Assembly (NCBI GenBank): GCA_965204745.1
Contig: OZ242010.1
Coordinates: 3,392,001 to 3,456,000 of the forward strand
Length of the DNA stretch: 64,000 nt
Source: Candidatus Latescibacterota bacterium
GTDB taxonomy: Bacteria > Latescibacterota > UBA2968
Direction of reading: 5' to 3'
The notes below the pieces were generated by a model that saw nothing but the letters and a program-made list of their open reading frames with translations, had not been told where the DNA came from and did not search any database. Below, piece after piece: positions 17,997 to 27,830 of this stretch (position 1 is the first letter of the stretch; each line of letters opens with the position of its first letter). Both the position numbers and the translations under genes were made by a program.

Positions 17997-20978
17997 TTAT
18001 CGGTAGGTCAGATCAAACACTTTATCGGCCAGCCAGCGTTTGAACGCTGCGTTGTCCGAGTATTGCTTGTAGAGTTCGGTGTCGTCGGCAAGCAGATCGG
18101 TGATCGCTTTCTCCAATGCCCTGTCGTGCTCGATGCGGGTGTTCTGCGCGTCCGCGTGTTGTCGCGCATTGAGATAGGCATGGTCCGCCGCGACCCGTTG
18201 CGGCACATCCTCGGTGATCAGCCGGCGGATGCGGTCCGCATCGGTCCACGGAATATCGCCGAACAAATCGTTAAATTCCCGCAGAATGTTGGAGAGCAGG
18301 TCCATTTCCGGCTCGGGTTGGTACCCGCCGCCACTCGCGGGCACTGGCGCGATTTCGGCGTCCTCGTCGGGCAAGAGGATTTGCAGGGTCGCCTGTTTCT
18401 CGGCGCGGTAGCTGTCCATGTCGATGGCGTTCTCAATGCCCAGCGACATATCCTCGCCCGCGGGCGTCGGCAACTTGGGAATGAGAAAGGTCAGAAAAAT
18501 GGACAACTTCTCCCACTCCGCATTCTTGTATGGCAACACCTGCGCCAGGAAATTGTAGGCGCGGGTAAAGGCTTTGGCCTTGCTCTTGAAATCGACCTGC
18601 CCGTCCTCGTCCAAGTCGCGGCGATAGATGGTCACGCACCCGTCCAAAATCGGATCGAGAACAGCGCGGTCGTCGCCGTTCAAATACGCCGCCACCAGCG
18701 CATCGACTCGCTCTTCGGAATAGACCTGCTGGCCGTCTAAGGCGGCCTTGAGGTCGTGCAACTTGTCCGGGTCGGTTTCGTCCGCCAAGATGGTGGTGCG
18801 GTAGTACGCGGCAAAGGCGTCTTTGATGGCATCGGCGTCGTTGTGGAAATCGAGCACAAACGTATCGCGCTTGGCCGGGTGGGCGCGGTTGAGGCGCGAC
18901 AGGGTCTGGACGGCGCGGATATCGGACAGCACCTTATCCACGTACATCGTGTGCAACAACGGCTCGTCGTAGCCGGTTTGGAACTTGTCCGCACAGACGA
19001 GAAACCGATAGGGGTTTTGCTGAATTTTGCGGGCGATCTGCGACGACGGAAACCCGTTCAACCGCGCTTCGCTCACCTGCTCGTCGCCGTACTCGACCTC
19101 GCCGGAAAAGGCCACGATGGCTTTGTGCGGGCTGTTGCGCTCGGCGAGATAGTCGCAGATGGCGCGATAGTAAGCTACTGCCATCTCGATGCCGCCGGTG
19201 ACGACCATGGCACGCGCCTGTCCGTCGATTTTGCACGGGGCCAGCACCTGCTCGTGGAAGTGATCGACGATGATCTCGGCTTTGAGGCGGATGGCCCGGC
19301 TGTGGGTTTCCACATACCGGATGAGCTTTTTGCGCGCCTTGTTGGCGTCGAACTCCGGGTCGTCCGCGATGGTCTTGGCGAGGCGGTAGTAGCTCGTTAC
19401 CGGCGTGTAGTGCCCGAGCACGTCCAAGATGAACCCCTCTTGGATGGCCTGTTTCATCGCATAGCTGTGAAAGGGCAGGTGCCGGATCGCGCCGTCGGGC
19501 TGTGGCGCGGGTGTGCCGAACAACTCCAGCGTCTTGTTCTTGGGCGTGGCGGTGAAGGCGAAATAACTGGCGTTGGCGAGCAGGCGCCGCTGTTCGATGA
19601 TGCGGTTGATCTGATCTTCAAACGTCTCGTCCTCATCCGCGGCGCGATCCCCCAAGACATGGGCCATAGCCGATGCCGTGCGCCCGCCTTGGCTGGAGTG
19701 GGCTTCGTCGATGAGGATGGCAAAGCGGCGGCTCTGATGCTCGTTGTCGATCTCGTCCAAGATGAACGGGAACTTCTGCACGGTGGAGATGATGATTTTC
19801 TTGCCCTCGCCGATAAAGCGGCGCAAGTCCCCAGAATTTTCAGCGTGGCCCACGGTCGCGCCCACTTGCGCGAACTGCCGGATGGTGTCGTTGATCTGCC
19901 GGTCCAAGATGATGCGGTCCGTCACGACGATGATGGAATCAAAAACCGGCTTGCCACCCTGTTCCAAGCCGATGAGCCGGTGCGCCAACCACGCGATAGA
20001 GTTGGACTTGCCACTGCCGGCCGAGTGCTGGATGAGATAGCGTTGCCCAACGCCGTGCTCGGTGACCGAGGCCAACAGTTTCCGAACCACGTCCAATTGG
20101 TGATAGCGCGGCCAGATTTGCGTCTTGGTTTTGCGCCCGGTCTCGGGGGCCGTGGATTCTACCAGCAGGGCGTAGTTTTCCACGATGTCGGTCAGGCTCC
20201 GCCGGGTCAGCACGTCGCGCCACAAGTAATCGGTCTTGATGCCGTTGGGGTTGGGCGGGTTGCCCGCGCCGTCGTTGTAGCCCTTGTTGAACGGCAGGAA
20301 CCATGACGCCTTGCTGTTGAGGTGCGTGCAGAACAGCACTTCGAGGTCGTCCACGGCGAAGTGGGCCATGCAGCGACCGAGTCGGAAGAGTGCCTCTTTG
20401 GGATCGCGGTCGCGTTTGTATTGCTCGACAGCATCGGCGGCGGTCTGTTTGGTAAGGCTGTTTTTCAACTCAAAGGTCGCCACCGGCAGGCCGTTGATGA
20501 ACAGCGCGAGGTCGAGGGTCAGCCGCGGGTTGGCATTGCTGTACGACAACTGGCGCGTGACCGAAAAGCGGTTCTGCTCGTACAGGGTTGTTGCCTGCGG
20601 GTTGCCCGGCGAGGGCGTGCCATAAAAGAGCGCGAGGGCGTGCGGCCCGTGCTTGACGCCATTGCGGAGGACTTCGACGACACCGCGCTTGCCCACTTCG
20701 TTTTTCAGCCGGGCGAGAAACTTGCGGCGCGCCGGGCTATCCATATCCAAAGACAGCGCGTCGGCGAGGTGCGGTTGCGTGGCCTTGAGAAACGCGGTCA
20801 ACTGCGCCAAATCCACGCAGTGCTCGCGGTCGTACTCGTCGGAGCAACCGTTGAGCCATCCGGCTTCGTAGGTGGCCGGGCGTTCCCGTACATCAGCGGC
20901 GTCCGGCGCGTCGGCCCTGTGGGTCAGCATCGCACAGACGCGCTCCTCCAAGCCGCGTTCAGTGGTGTCGGTGGTCAT
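17997..20978 (-). CDS. hsdR: Type I R-M restriction subunit
   Basis: DLALFINGLPVATFELK nuclease motif, HSAGSGKS, IDEAH, FTATP, QTLSRLNR. Confidence 0.96.
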   Translation of the reverse strand: MTTDTTERGLEERVCAMLTHRADAPDAADVRERPATYEAGWLNGCSDEYDREHCVDLAQLTAFLKATQPHLADALSLDMDSPARRKFLARLKNEVGKRGVVEVLRNGVKHGPHALALFYGTPSPGNPQATTLYEQNRFSVTRQLSYSNANPRLTLDLALFINGLPVATFELKNSLTKQTAADAVEQYKRDRDPKEALFRLGRCMAHFAVDDLEVLFCTHLNSKASWFLPFNKGYNDGAGNPPNPNGIKTDYLWRDVLTRRSLTDIVENYALLVESTAPETGRKTKTQIWPRYHQLDVVRKLLASVTEHGVGQRYLIQHSAGSGKSNSIAWLAHRLIGLEQGGKPVFDSIIVVTDRIILDRQINDTIRQFAQVGATVGHAENSGDLRRFIGEGKKIIISTVQKFPFILDEIDNEHQSRRFAILIDEAHSSQGGRTASAMAHVLGDRAADEDETFEDQINRIIEQRRLLANASYFAFTATPKNKTLELFGTPAPQPDGAIRHLPFHSYAMKQAIQEGFILDVLGHYTPVTSYYRLAKTIADDPEFDANKARKKLIRYVETHSRAIRLKAEIIVDHFHEQVLAPCKIDGQARAMVVTGGIEMAVAYYRAICDYLAERNSPHKAIVAFSGEVEYGDEQVSEARLNGFPSSQIARKIQQNPYRFLVCADKFQTGYDEPLLHTMYVDKVLSDIRAVQTLSRLNRAHPAKRDTFVLDFHNDADAIKDAFAAYYRTTILADETDPDKLHDLKAALDGQQVYSEERVDALVAAYLNGDDRAVLDPILDGCVTIYRRDLDEDGQVDFKSKAKAFTRAYNFLAQVLPYKNAEWEKLSIFLTFLIPKLPTPAGEDMSLGIENAIDMDSYRAEKQATLQILLPDEDAEIAPVPASGGGYQPEPEMDLLSNILREFNDLFGDIPWTDADRIRRLITEDVPQRVAADHAYLNARQHADAQNTRIEHDRALEKAITDLLADDTELYKQYSDNAAFKRWLADKVFDLTYR

Positions 20979-21074
20979 GGCAACTCCAGTCAAGTACCCG
21001 TCAAGTAGAATAATCGTTTTGTTTTCAACAAGTTACGAAAAAAATACAATCACGCGCTGGTTGCCAGTCAAGTA
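20979..21074. repeat. hsdR upstream region; direct repeat of 6893-6988 carrying TACTTGAC tandem boxes
   Basis: Near-identical 96-bp copy abutting the hsdR ATG. Confidence 0.9.
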
Positions 21075-21109
21075 ACGTAATTGATGCGGATTGGTGAAAT
21101 CCTTTACTA

Positions 21110-21606
21110 GGTTGTGTTGACATTTCATTTTTTGACGTTACGCACAGAGTAGCAACTGTGTTGCTTCTTGCTCATTTAAGGCGTTTGGTCTTACAGCCTC
21201 GTTGGTTGCCTCCGATGCCTTCGGCGACTTACTTTTTTTCAACAGCAAAAAAAAGTAAGCAAAAAATGCCGCTCTCAAACGCCGAGAGGCTTGCACAGCG
21301 CAAATCGCTTTTGTAACAGCACAATATGCGCCAGCCTGCAAGGTGGGTTGCAAAATGGACATTGGTTGCGAGACGGCCTTGCGCGCTGTGCGTGATGGCT
21401 TGATCGGAGGGTGTTTTGCGAGGGCACTTGTTGTGATGCCTTCTTTGAACTGCGGAACGTCCGTGAATATGATGCAACAAAAGGCGAGAAAGTTGAAGGA
21501 GCGACTGTTTCAGTTTCTCAAACCGAGAGCATATTTTGCGATAGGGCTTGATTTTCTCGAGAAACCGCTCAAGCCAGTTGCTTTGCTCGTAAATGTCAAC
21601 AGAACC
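21110..21606. mobile_element. Non-autonomous IS5-family (IS427-like) MITE
   Basis: TIRs GGTTGTGTTGACATTT / AAATGTCAACAGAACC with TA on both flanks; relic YEQSNWLERFLEKIKPYRKICSRFEK resembles an IS5 transposase C-terminus. Confidence 0.8.
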
Positions 21607-21736
21607 TAAGTCCTTTACTAAATCCTTTAATAGCTCCACCGAAATGTCCAAAACCTATTAAAGAGTAAAAGTGTTGTAAAACAGAGACTTGCGGAGATTC
21701 GGCAGACGCGAACCAGTGTTTGCCATCCCCTTTCCT

Positions 21737-22039
21737 TTAATTTTCTTTATTTAATATCTCTCCCGGTTGCGCTTTCGCGGGTATCCATGCAGGTTGGGTA
21801 CGCGTACCTCGATTGACGATCTGACCGGAGCGACGCAATGCCTGCATTAAATTCTGAACCTGCCACCGCTTCTGCGCGTCCGTCAATTAGCCCGCCGGTT
21901 GATCCGCGAGGCAGGCCGAGTTCGCAAGCGCGGACAGATATTCTCCGAGTTGCTCGGGGTCATAGCGATTGCGCTTGAACTCCAACCATTCCGTCTCCGT
22001 TGGCTGACCGCGCAACTGGTCAATGCGTGCGATGTTCAT
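21737..22039 (-). pseudogene. Internally deleted AlbA_2 ATP-binding protein gene
   Basis: MNIARIDQLRGQPTETEWLEFKRN...YLSALANSACLADQPAG* joined in frame to a wHTH-like tail LTDAQKRWQVQNLMQALRRSGQIVNRG. Confidence 0.75.
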
Positions 22040-22073
22040 GTCGCGGCTACCAGACAAGCACCAGAATCTCTCG

Positions 22074-22814
22074 TTATTGAGTAGCCTCGGCTATCCGATC
22101 CGAATCTATATCAAATCCTGCATCCTTCAGCCTCTGACACAGTTTAGAAACAATCTCCTTTACGTGATGGTTATAGGTAAAGTGAATAAACCCTGAGATA
22201 TCCGAAGGCATTTCCAGATGGCCCTTTTTAATAATAGCCATCCGCTCTCGGGTGAGCGAAGAAAGAAGCATCCCTGTTTCCAGAATTACATTCTGTCGCG
22301 CCCGAGGTTCGCCGCTTTGCTCCCCATCTTTTTGGGAGTACCCGTAATCGTCCGGAGTCATCAAGACTATCCCGAAGTCCGATGTGTAATCACGCCCAAT
22401 TTGTCCTTCCAATGCCTCAATGATCGTCTTGCCACCACCACTTTTATTTATCAGGACAAAAGGATCGAGTCCGAGACGGCGTAATGCAAGCTCGAGTTGA
22501 TCTCGGGCATCCTCGTCGTGACCGTGGACGATAAAAATCTGCTTCTGGCGATCCTCGGATGCTTGGGTAGCCGGTTTGACTGGAGAAGATTCCTCCACTG
22601 CTGCATCCTCAAACACAGCTTTAAGTCTCGCTCTAGCGTCTGGCTGTCCTTGAAAATTGATAGTACCCCTTGAGGGCCACCAGTTCAGTACACCTTTTTT
22701 ATCGCTACGAAACGTATACTTCCCATTGCCGTCATCATCCCAACTCCCTGAAATTCCGGCTTGCTCTACCTTTTCTTTCAACTCGTCAATTGTTCCTTCA
22801 AATTTTTGAGCCAT
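22074..22814 (-). CDS. TIR-like nucleotide-binding domain protein (CAP12/Pycsar-type TIR)
   Basis: IFIVHGHD, IVLMTPDDYG, ARQNVILETG, EMPSDISG; start overlaps the hsdS 3' end. Confidence 0.88.
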   Translation of the reverse strand: MAQKFEGTIDELKEKVEQAGISGSWDDDGNGKYTFRSDKKGVLNWWPSRGTINFQGQPDARARLKAVFEDAAVEESSPVKPATQASEDRQKQIFIVHGHDEDARDQLELALRRLGLDPFVLINKSGGGKTIIEALEGQIGRDYTSDFGIVLMTPDDYGYSQKDGEQSGEPRARQNVILETGMLLSSLTRERMAIIKKGHLEMPSDISGFIHFTYNHHVKEIVSKLCQRLKDAGFDIDSDRIAEATQ

Positions 22815-24108
22815 GGAGTTCCTCCCTAATATCTACTTGCCCGGTGACCACATCGACGATCAGGCGCATGCGGTATTCGCTCAACAATTCGATCTCCCGC
22901 TGGGCACGCGCCAGAGCGGCGTCAATGGCGGCGGTCTGTTTGTCCAAATACGCGGCGATAGCGGCTTGTTCGGCGAGGGGTGGAACGCAGACGTGAAATG
23001 AACGAAAGCGACTTTCAGCAATGGCCGGATACGCAATGCCAACCGATTCCGCTGTTACGCGGTCGGTAAATGCGTTGTCTTGGACCGCGTAACTCACGAA
23101 TTTGGGCACTGTCGCACGGCGAGGAGTAAGAACCGCAAAGCCCGTCGAGCAGATCAAGGCGTCGTTCACTTCTTTGGCGAACCAAACCGCTTTCAAGTAC
23201 GTCCTCACTGTGGAGATGATGGTATCGCCGCTTTTGACGATGCGCCTAGCCCTTGAAGGCGCATGAGCGAAACGAATGGTGGCAGGTTCCTCGACGAGTA
23301 CACCTGTGCCTACTGCGCCGATTTCCAAATAACGAAATTCAAAGTCGGGATCAGTTGTTTCGGGTAGCATCGCCTCATTTATTTTGACCCAATGCTTCAA
23401 CCGCCGCACCTCCCAATGCGCGGGTATGTCGCCGATCCATTCCACGCCAGAGGGCTTGAGGGGCACATCCGGGTCAAGTCCTTGCGTGACCATCTCGTGG
23501 ATAACGGCCTGCCGATACTCCTTGAGCAACTCGATGAGCCGTTCCCTGCTACGGAGGTAGCGGCGGATGCGCCCATCGGTGTGATCGAGATAGCGGACGA
23601 TAGCGGCTTGCTCGGCAAGGGGTGGGACAAGAAGGGGCTGAGTGCCAACATCCCCCACACTAACCGCATCATAAGTCGAGCCTGTGGAAGCCAATCGCAA
23701 ACCATGTTCAAGGACTTCGAGTTGGTAACGAGCAAAAGCCGTTTGTAAAACGCGCTTGTGCGGGAGAAGGGCGCACAGGCCGCGCCCAATGCCGTACTCT
23801 TGGTCGGCTATGTTGAGCCGTCCGACTGGGGCGCGGACGGACAGCAAGATGGCTCCCATCGGACTAACTTTCTTCGGTGCCCGACAAAATTGCACCGGAC
23901 TTGGATGCCTTTCGCCAAACTCGGCACAGCCTTGCAGGAACGGCAACCCGATAGGCTTATCGCTACACTCACTTCCCGGTGGCGATTGACCCATCATTAA
24001 GGTCACGGCTTGCTTCAACCGCCGCACCTCCCAATGCGCGGGCACATCGCCGATCCACTCCACGCCGGAGGGCTTGTAGTGGGGATAGGGTTTGAGATTG
24101 GAGGTCAT
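22798..24108 (-). CDS. hsdS: Type I R-M specificity subunit (two TRDs)
   Basis: Two KPSGVEWIGD.PAHW and two PPLAEQAAI repeats; C-terminal VVTGQVD. Confidence 0.95.
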   Translation of the reverse strand: MTSNLKPYPHYKPSGVEWIGDVPAHWEVRRLKQAVTLMMGQSPPGSECSDKPIGLPFLQGCAEFGERHPSPVQFCRAPKKVSPMGAILLSVRAPVGRLNIADQEYGIGRGLCALLPHKRVLQTAFARYQLEVLEHGLRLASTGSTYDAVSVGDVGTQPLLVPPLAEQAAIVRYLDHTDGRIRRYLRSRERLIELLKEYRQAVIHEMVTQGLDPDVPLKPSGVEWIGDIPAHWEVRRLKHWVKINEAMLPETTDPDFEFRYLEIGAVGTGVLVEEPATIRFAHAPSRARRIVKSGDTIISTVRTYLKAVWFAKEVNDALICSTGFAVLTPRRATVPKFVSYAVQDNAFTDRVTAESVGIAYPAIAESRFRSFHVCVPPLAEQAAIAAYLDKQTAAIDAALARAQREIELLSEYRMRLIVDVVTGQVDIREELHGSKI

Positions 24109-24109
24109 T

Positions 24110-26170
24110 TTAAGGTACTTTATATGTCCTGATATTATTAAGCAATGTGCGGAGTTCTGTTACCGGCTCGGATGCCTCGATAAATTTAGAGTACGCAGAG
24201 AAAGCATTGTTAATCAGTTCGGTATAGGTGAGAACTCTGATGCGAAAAGGTTTCAAAGAATCTTCATCGTCTTTTCTGGTTTTAGGATTGTTCCATCCCC
24301 TAGGAAGCCTATTGACAATGCAAAATGATTCAATAAGGAAGTGACTCTCATTAGGGTCTTTTTCTAATTCGAGTTCAACGGCATTTATATATTTTTTTAT
24401 TTGAGACTCGATGTCTGTTTTTTCCAAAGATCTTTCAGGTTTTTTTAATTCGATGATCACATGTGCGCGAGAGACCCTACGGTATCTGATATCTGTTCTC
24501 ACATATTTGTATTTTTCGGTGATTCCATCCACGACTCTTTGAAGAGTTTGTTCCATGTGTTTATACTCGGTTGTGCGTTCCCATGCAGGATCAAGAAGCC
24601 ACAAACGGTCAAATATGTACTCTTGTAATACCTTTTCTTTTTCATTCTCCGCAACTTTATCGCGGAATTGCTTGATTACATCAAGCCGTTCTTGAACGAT
24701 CTCGTGATAACGAGCCGCCTCTATAGCATCAATATCAGATAGATAGCTAAGAAATTCATCAAGATTGGACGCATCAATGGTTTCCAATTTCTCCAAAGCA
24801 TGGTTCATCTTGAGCGTTTCAAAAGCCAAAATTCCGTCGGCATACAGATTCTGCTTATACGCCTCATCAACACTTGCTTGATCGATAACGGCAAAAATTT
24901 TGCTTGCTGGTTCTTGCAGTGACCGCGGCTTTAATTCATCATACCACTTTTTGATGAAAGGATTGGAAGATATAGCAACATCTAATCCTTTCTTTTCTTT
25001 AAGCTTGTCTGTTACCGTCCGTATCTGCCGCATTTCATTATCAATAAATTTTTTCGTTGCGATATAGCGTGGGTCGTCCTCACGAAGTCTCTGGCGACTT
25101 GATGTGGCAATATCATCTTCATCGTCTTCGTCGAGAAAATCAGCGTAGATTTCTCCGTAAATGTATTTGCTTATCATTGAGCCCATGCGGAGTTCATACA
25201 AAATATCTTCCTGTGCCACTTTACCTCGTACGACAATCGTAATTTTGTTCAGATTATCGCCCTCTCCCTGGTCATCCAAATCATTGGAGTGACGTGCAAC
25301 ACCTATCCAGCCGCTCACTTCGTATTCCCCTTCTTCGGTGGCATTGCCTTCCCGATCAAAACGGCAGGGGTGTTCAAAGCACATCTCTTTTTGGGTATCG
25401 TTGTCTATGTCCAAATTTTGGCAATATTGGGTGTAATCGTGATCACCGTATTGAAAAAGAAATCGGGCTTTGTGAAAATAATCTCGGTCAGAAAATTTGA
25501 CCTTGTCACCATTGACCAAGATACGAAACTCCGGATCATCAATGATCCCAAATCTACGAGCGATTCTCTTTCTAAGACCGCTGATCGACGCTTTGGTCAA
25601 TCGCATCTTCTTCAATGCCGCAATTTTTATCACTGTTCCTTGCGTTTTGATATCAGCATCAAATTCAATTTGCTCAGGTTCGTATTCCCCCGGCGATGAC
25701 GGATCCTCATTTTGGATAACCTCTTTTATTTTCTCTGCATCCATCAAAAAGGCTTCGTCCTTACCGCCCTTTTTTCGGGTATAAACAAAAATTTTGTTTG
25801 CAATGGAAAACAAGGATAGCTTGCCAATGCCTTTTCTACCCATCGGTTTTCTGCCACCCGGAGTGCGAAAATCGGCCACCGGTTTTCTGCCACCCGGAGT
25901 GCGAAAATCGGCCACCTTTCTATCTCTCTTTTGATATCCGACGTGCAGGTACTTGTCGTTAATGTCGTTCACGTCCATTCCGTGTCCGTTATCGGTCACT
26001 GTGATCGTTTTCTGTTGGATATCGAAATCAACTTTTACCTCGGTTGCGTCGGCATCCCAAGCATTGGCAATCACCTCGGCAATCACTGCCGGCGTGTTGC
26101 TATACAGATTCAACCCCAGGTGGTTGAGCACATTCAAACTGATGCTCATTTTGTATCTGCTATTAGACAT
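24110..26170 (-). CDS. GHKL/MORC ATPase-PD-(D/E)xK restriction endonuclease (HgiDII/BbrUII-like)
   Basis: EVIANAWDADA, DNGHGM, GRKGIGKLS; C-terminal D...IIELKKP; overlaps the C5-MTase stop. Confidence 0.8.
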   Translation of the reverse strand: MSNSRYKMSISLNVLNHLGLNLYSNTPAVIAEVIANAWDADATEVKVDFDIQQKTITVTDNGHGMDVNDINDKYLHVGYQKRDRKVADFRTPGGRKPVADFRTPGGRKPMGRKGIGKLSLFSIANKIFVYTRKKGGKDEAFLMDAEKIKEVIQNEDPSSPGEYEPEQIEFDADIKTQGTVIKIAALKKMRLTKASISGLRKRIARRFGIIDDPEFRILVNGDKVKFSDRDYFHKARFLFQYGDHDYTQYCQNLDIDNDTQKEMCFEHPCRFDREGNATEEGEYEVSGWIGVARHSNDLDDQGEGDNLNKITIVVRGKVAQEDILYELRMGSMISKYIYGEIYADFLDEDDEDDIATSSRQRLREDDPRYIATKKFIDNEMRQIRTVTDKLKEKKGLDVAISSNPFIKKWYDELKPRSLQEPASKIFAVIDQASVDEAYKQNLYADGILAFETLKMNHALEKLETIDASNLDEFLSYLSDIDAIEAARYHEIVQERLDVIKQFRDKVAENEKEKVLQEYIFDRLWLLDPAWERTTEYKHMEQTLQRVVDGITEKYKYVRTDIRYRRVSRAHVIIELKKPERSLEKTDIESQIKKYINAVELELEKDPNESHFLIESFCIVNRLPRGWNNPKTRKDDEDSLKPFRIRVLTYTELINNAFSAYSKFIEASEPVTELRTLLNNIRTYKVP

Positions 26171-27206
26171 TTGTAGCCTCTATAAGTGATTTGCCGATGG
26201 CTTCGGCCAGTTTAACCGGTACAGCATTGCCCACATGTCGCGCCGTTTTGGTTATGACAACGGATTGCTCAGCCTCTGCGAATTTGTAATCGCGCGGAAA
26301 GGTTTGCAACAATGCGGCTTCTCGAACGGATATTGCGCGATGTTGCTCGGGATGCCCAAAGCGTCCGGTGCTGTAATAACAAAATTGGGTGGTGATGGTC
26401 GGTGCCGGCGCGTTCCAGCGCATTCTGCCGTAGGACGATGAATAGGATGCCTTGCGATGGCAAGCGTTGACAATATCATCGTCCCAATCCTTCCACGTCC
26501 CACCCTGTTTGGATTGGCGAATCCGTTGCTTATTCTTTTTTGATAACGCCATTGAAATATGAGCAGGGTCATCGGGAGAGGATTCTCCGTCTTGAATCTC
26601 GGGCAAATCTCGGATAAAGTCGGCAACGGTCATTTTATTTTTAATAGGGCGCGGCAAAGAAACGTCACCCAATTTGGATGCCAACAAAACGAGTCGTCGT
26701 CTATTTTGCGGAACGCCATAGTCCACACAGCGCAAAATAGCATGATCGTGACAATAGCGCAGTTGATCCAGCGTTGAGAGGAACTCATCGAAAGATTCAT
26801 GCTTCATGAGACCTGGCACGTTCTCCATCGAGACCAAATCGGGATTGCATTCTTCAATCAGGCGGGCAAATTCACCAACCAATGAGCAGTCATCCGCCCG
26901 AGAAGTTTTCGTCTTTCTATTCTCATTATGCGCTGAAAAAGGCTGACAAGGCGCACAACCAACCATTACCGTAACATCCGCGTCCTTGTAATGTGGCGCA
27001 ATATGGCGGAATTGAAGATCACGAACATCGTCCAAAAAAAACTTGGAGTTACGATTATTGGCCTCGTATGCATATTGACACGCCGGATCAGTATCGAATC
27101 CTGCCTTGACGCGAATGCCTGATAAATTGAGTCCGTGCGTCAACCCACCAATACCGCAAAAGACATCCACTGCGTGAATTTTCTGTGATCCGTTTTTTGC
27201 TGGCAT
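26163..27206 (-). CDS. DNA (cytosine-5)-methyltransferase
   Basis: DVFCGIGG, PCQPFS, MENV, PQNRRR, REAALLQTFP, GNAVP. Confidence 0.95.
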   Translation of the reverse strand: MPAKNGSQKIHAVDVFCGIGGLTHGLNLSGIRVKAGFDTDPACQYAYEANNRNSKFFLDDVRDLQFRHIAPHYKDADVTVMVGCAPCQPFSAHNENRKTKTSRADDCSLVGEFARLIEECNPDLVSMENVPGLMKHESFDEFLSTLDQLRYCHDHAILRCVDYGVPQNRRRLVLLASKLGDVSLPRPIKNKMTVADFIRDLPEIQDGESSPDDPAHISMALSKKNKQRIRQSKQGGTWKDWDDDIVNACHRKASYSSSYGRMRWNAPAPTITTQFCYYSTGRFGHPEQHRAISVREAALLQTFPRDYKFAEAEQSVVITKTARHVGNAVPVKLAEAIGKSLIEATNV

Positions 27207-27499
27207 TTTAGGTCCCTCCTTTTATCAGTTGAGCACTTTTCCGTATCATAGCCAACTTTGCTCGCATGTTCTAAGGATGCCTTTAGTATGGCGGAATGGC
27301 TACTCCCCGATAATCTTCAAGCAACCTTCCTTTTTTCCTTTCTACGGCCCAAACATCCCTAGCGTCCACATCGGCTACGACTCGTGAAACTTGGGAAATA
27401 TCCACTAGCAAGTCAACCCCAAATCACGGCACCTCGGTTCCTCGCTGGGCGAGATACTGGCTATATGCGAACAGCCGATCTCGCCTTTTGCCCGTGATC

Positions 27500-27562
27500 T
27501 CACGGGGGCCACGCCACGCCGGAGGGCTTGTAGTGGGGATAGGGTTTGAGGTCGGCTGTCAT
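27500..27562 (-). pseudogene. 20-codon hsdS N-terminal stub
   Basis: MTADLKPYPHYKPSGVAWPP*; matches the hsdS starts at 12084 and 24108. Confidence 0.8.
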
Positions 27563-27753
27563 TATGTTATTTGCTCCGATCCGCGTCTTTAATTGATTTG
27601 ATATTGACCTGTGGGACACTTCAGCGCATCGGCAAATCTACGAAATGGGGTACAACTAGCCGGTGAACGGCCTTGAGAAGTGGCCCGTTGTACCCCATCC
27701 TCATGCCCGTTCATCTGCGAAGTGCGTCGGGTTTTGGGGTTGTTGGGTAGGGA

Positions 27754-27795
27754 CTGACAACTGACAACTGACAACTGACAACTGACAACTGACAA
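27754..27795. repeat. (CTGACAA)6 heptamer repeat
   Basis: Read directly; five copies at 42850-42884 with a similar 5' flank; shorter runs near 4307 and 44055. Confidence 0.95.
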
Positions 27796-27830
27796 CTTAA
27801 TTGAGATGACTCGCTACACTACATTGTAGG

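Noticed and set aside
21229-21651. Functional transposase ORFs in the MITEs (also 42329..42733)
   Set aside because: Only ~30 C-terminal codons resemble IS5 transposase; no complete DDE domain
13408-22814. CBASS type II (TIR plus E1/E2/JAB)
   Set aside because: No CD-NTase; E2 and E1 are separate, JAB is fused to E1, dedicated Ubls are present and the TIR gene is over 6 kb from the operon
11425-24108. Invertible hsdS shufflon
   Set aside because: All hsdS repeats are in direct orientation and no invertase is encoded nearby
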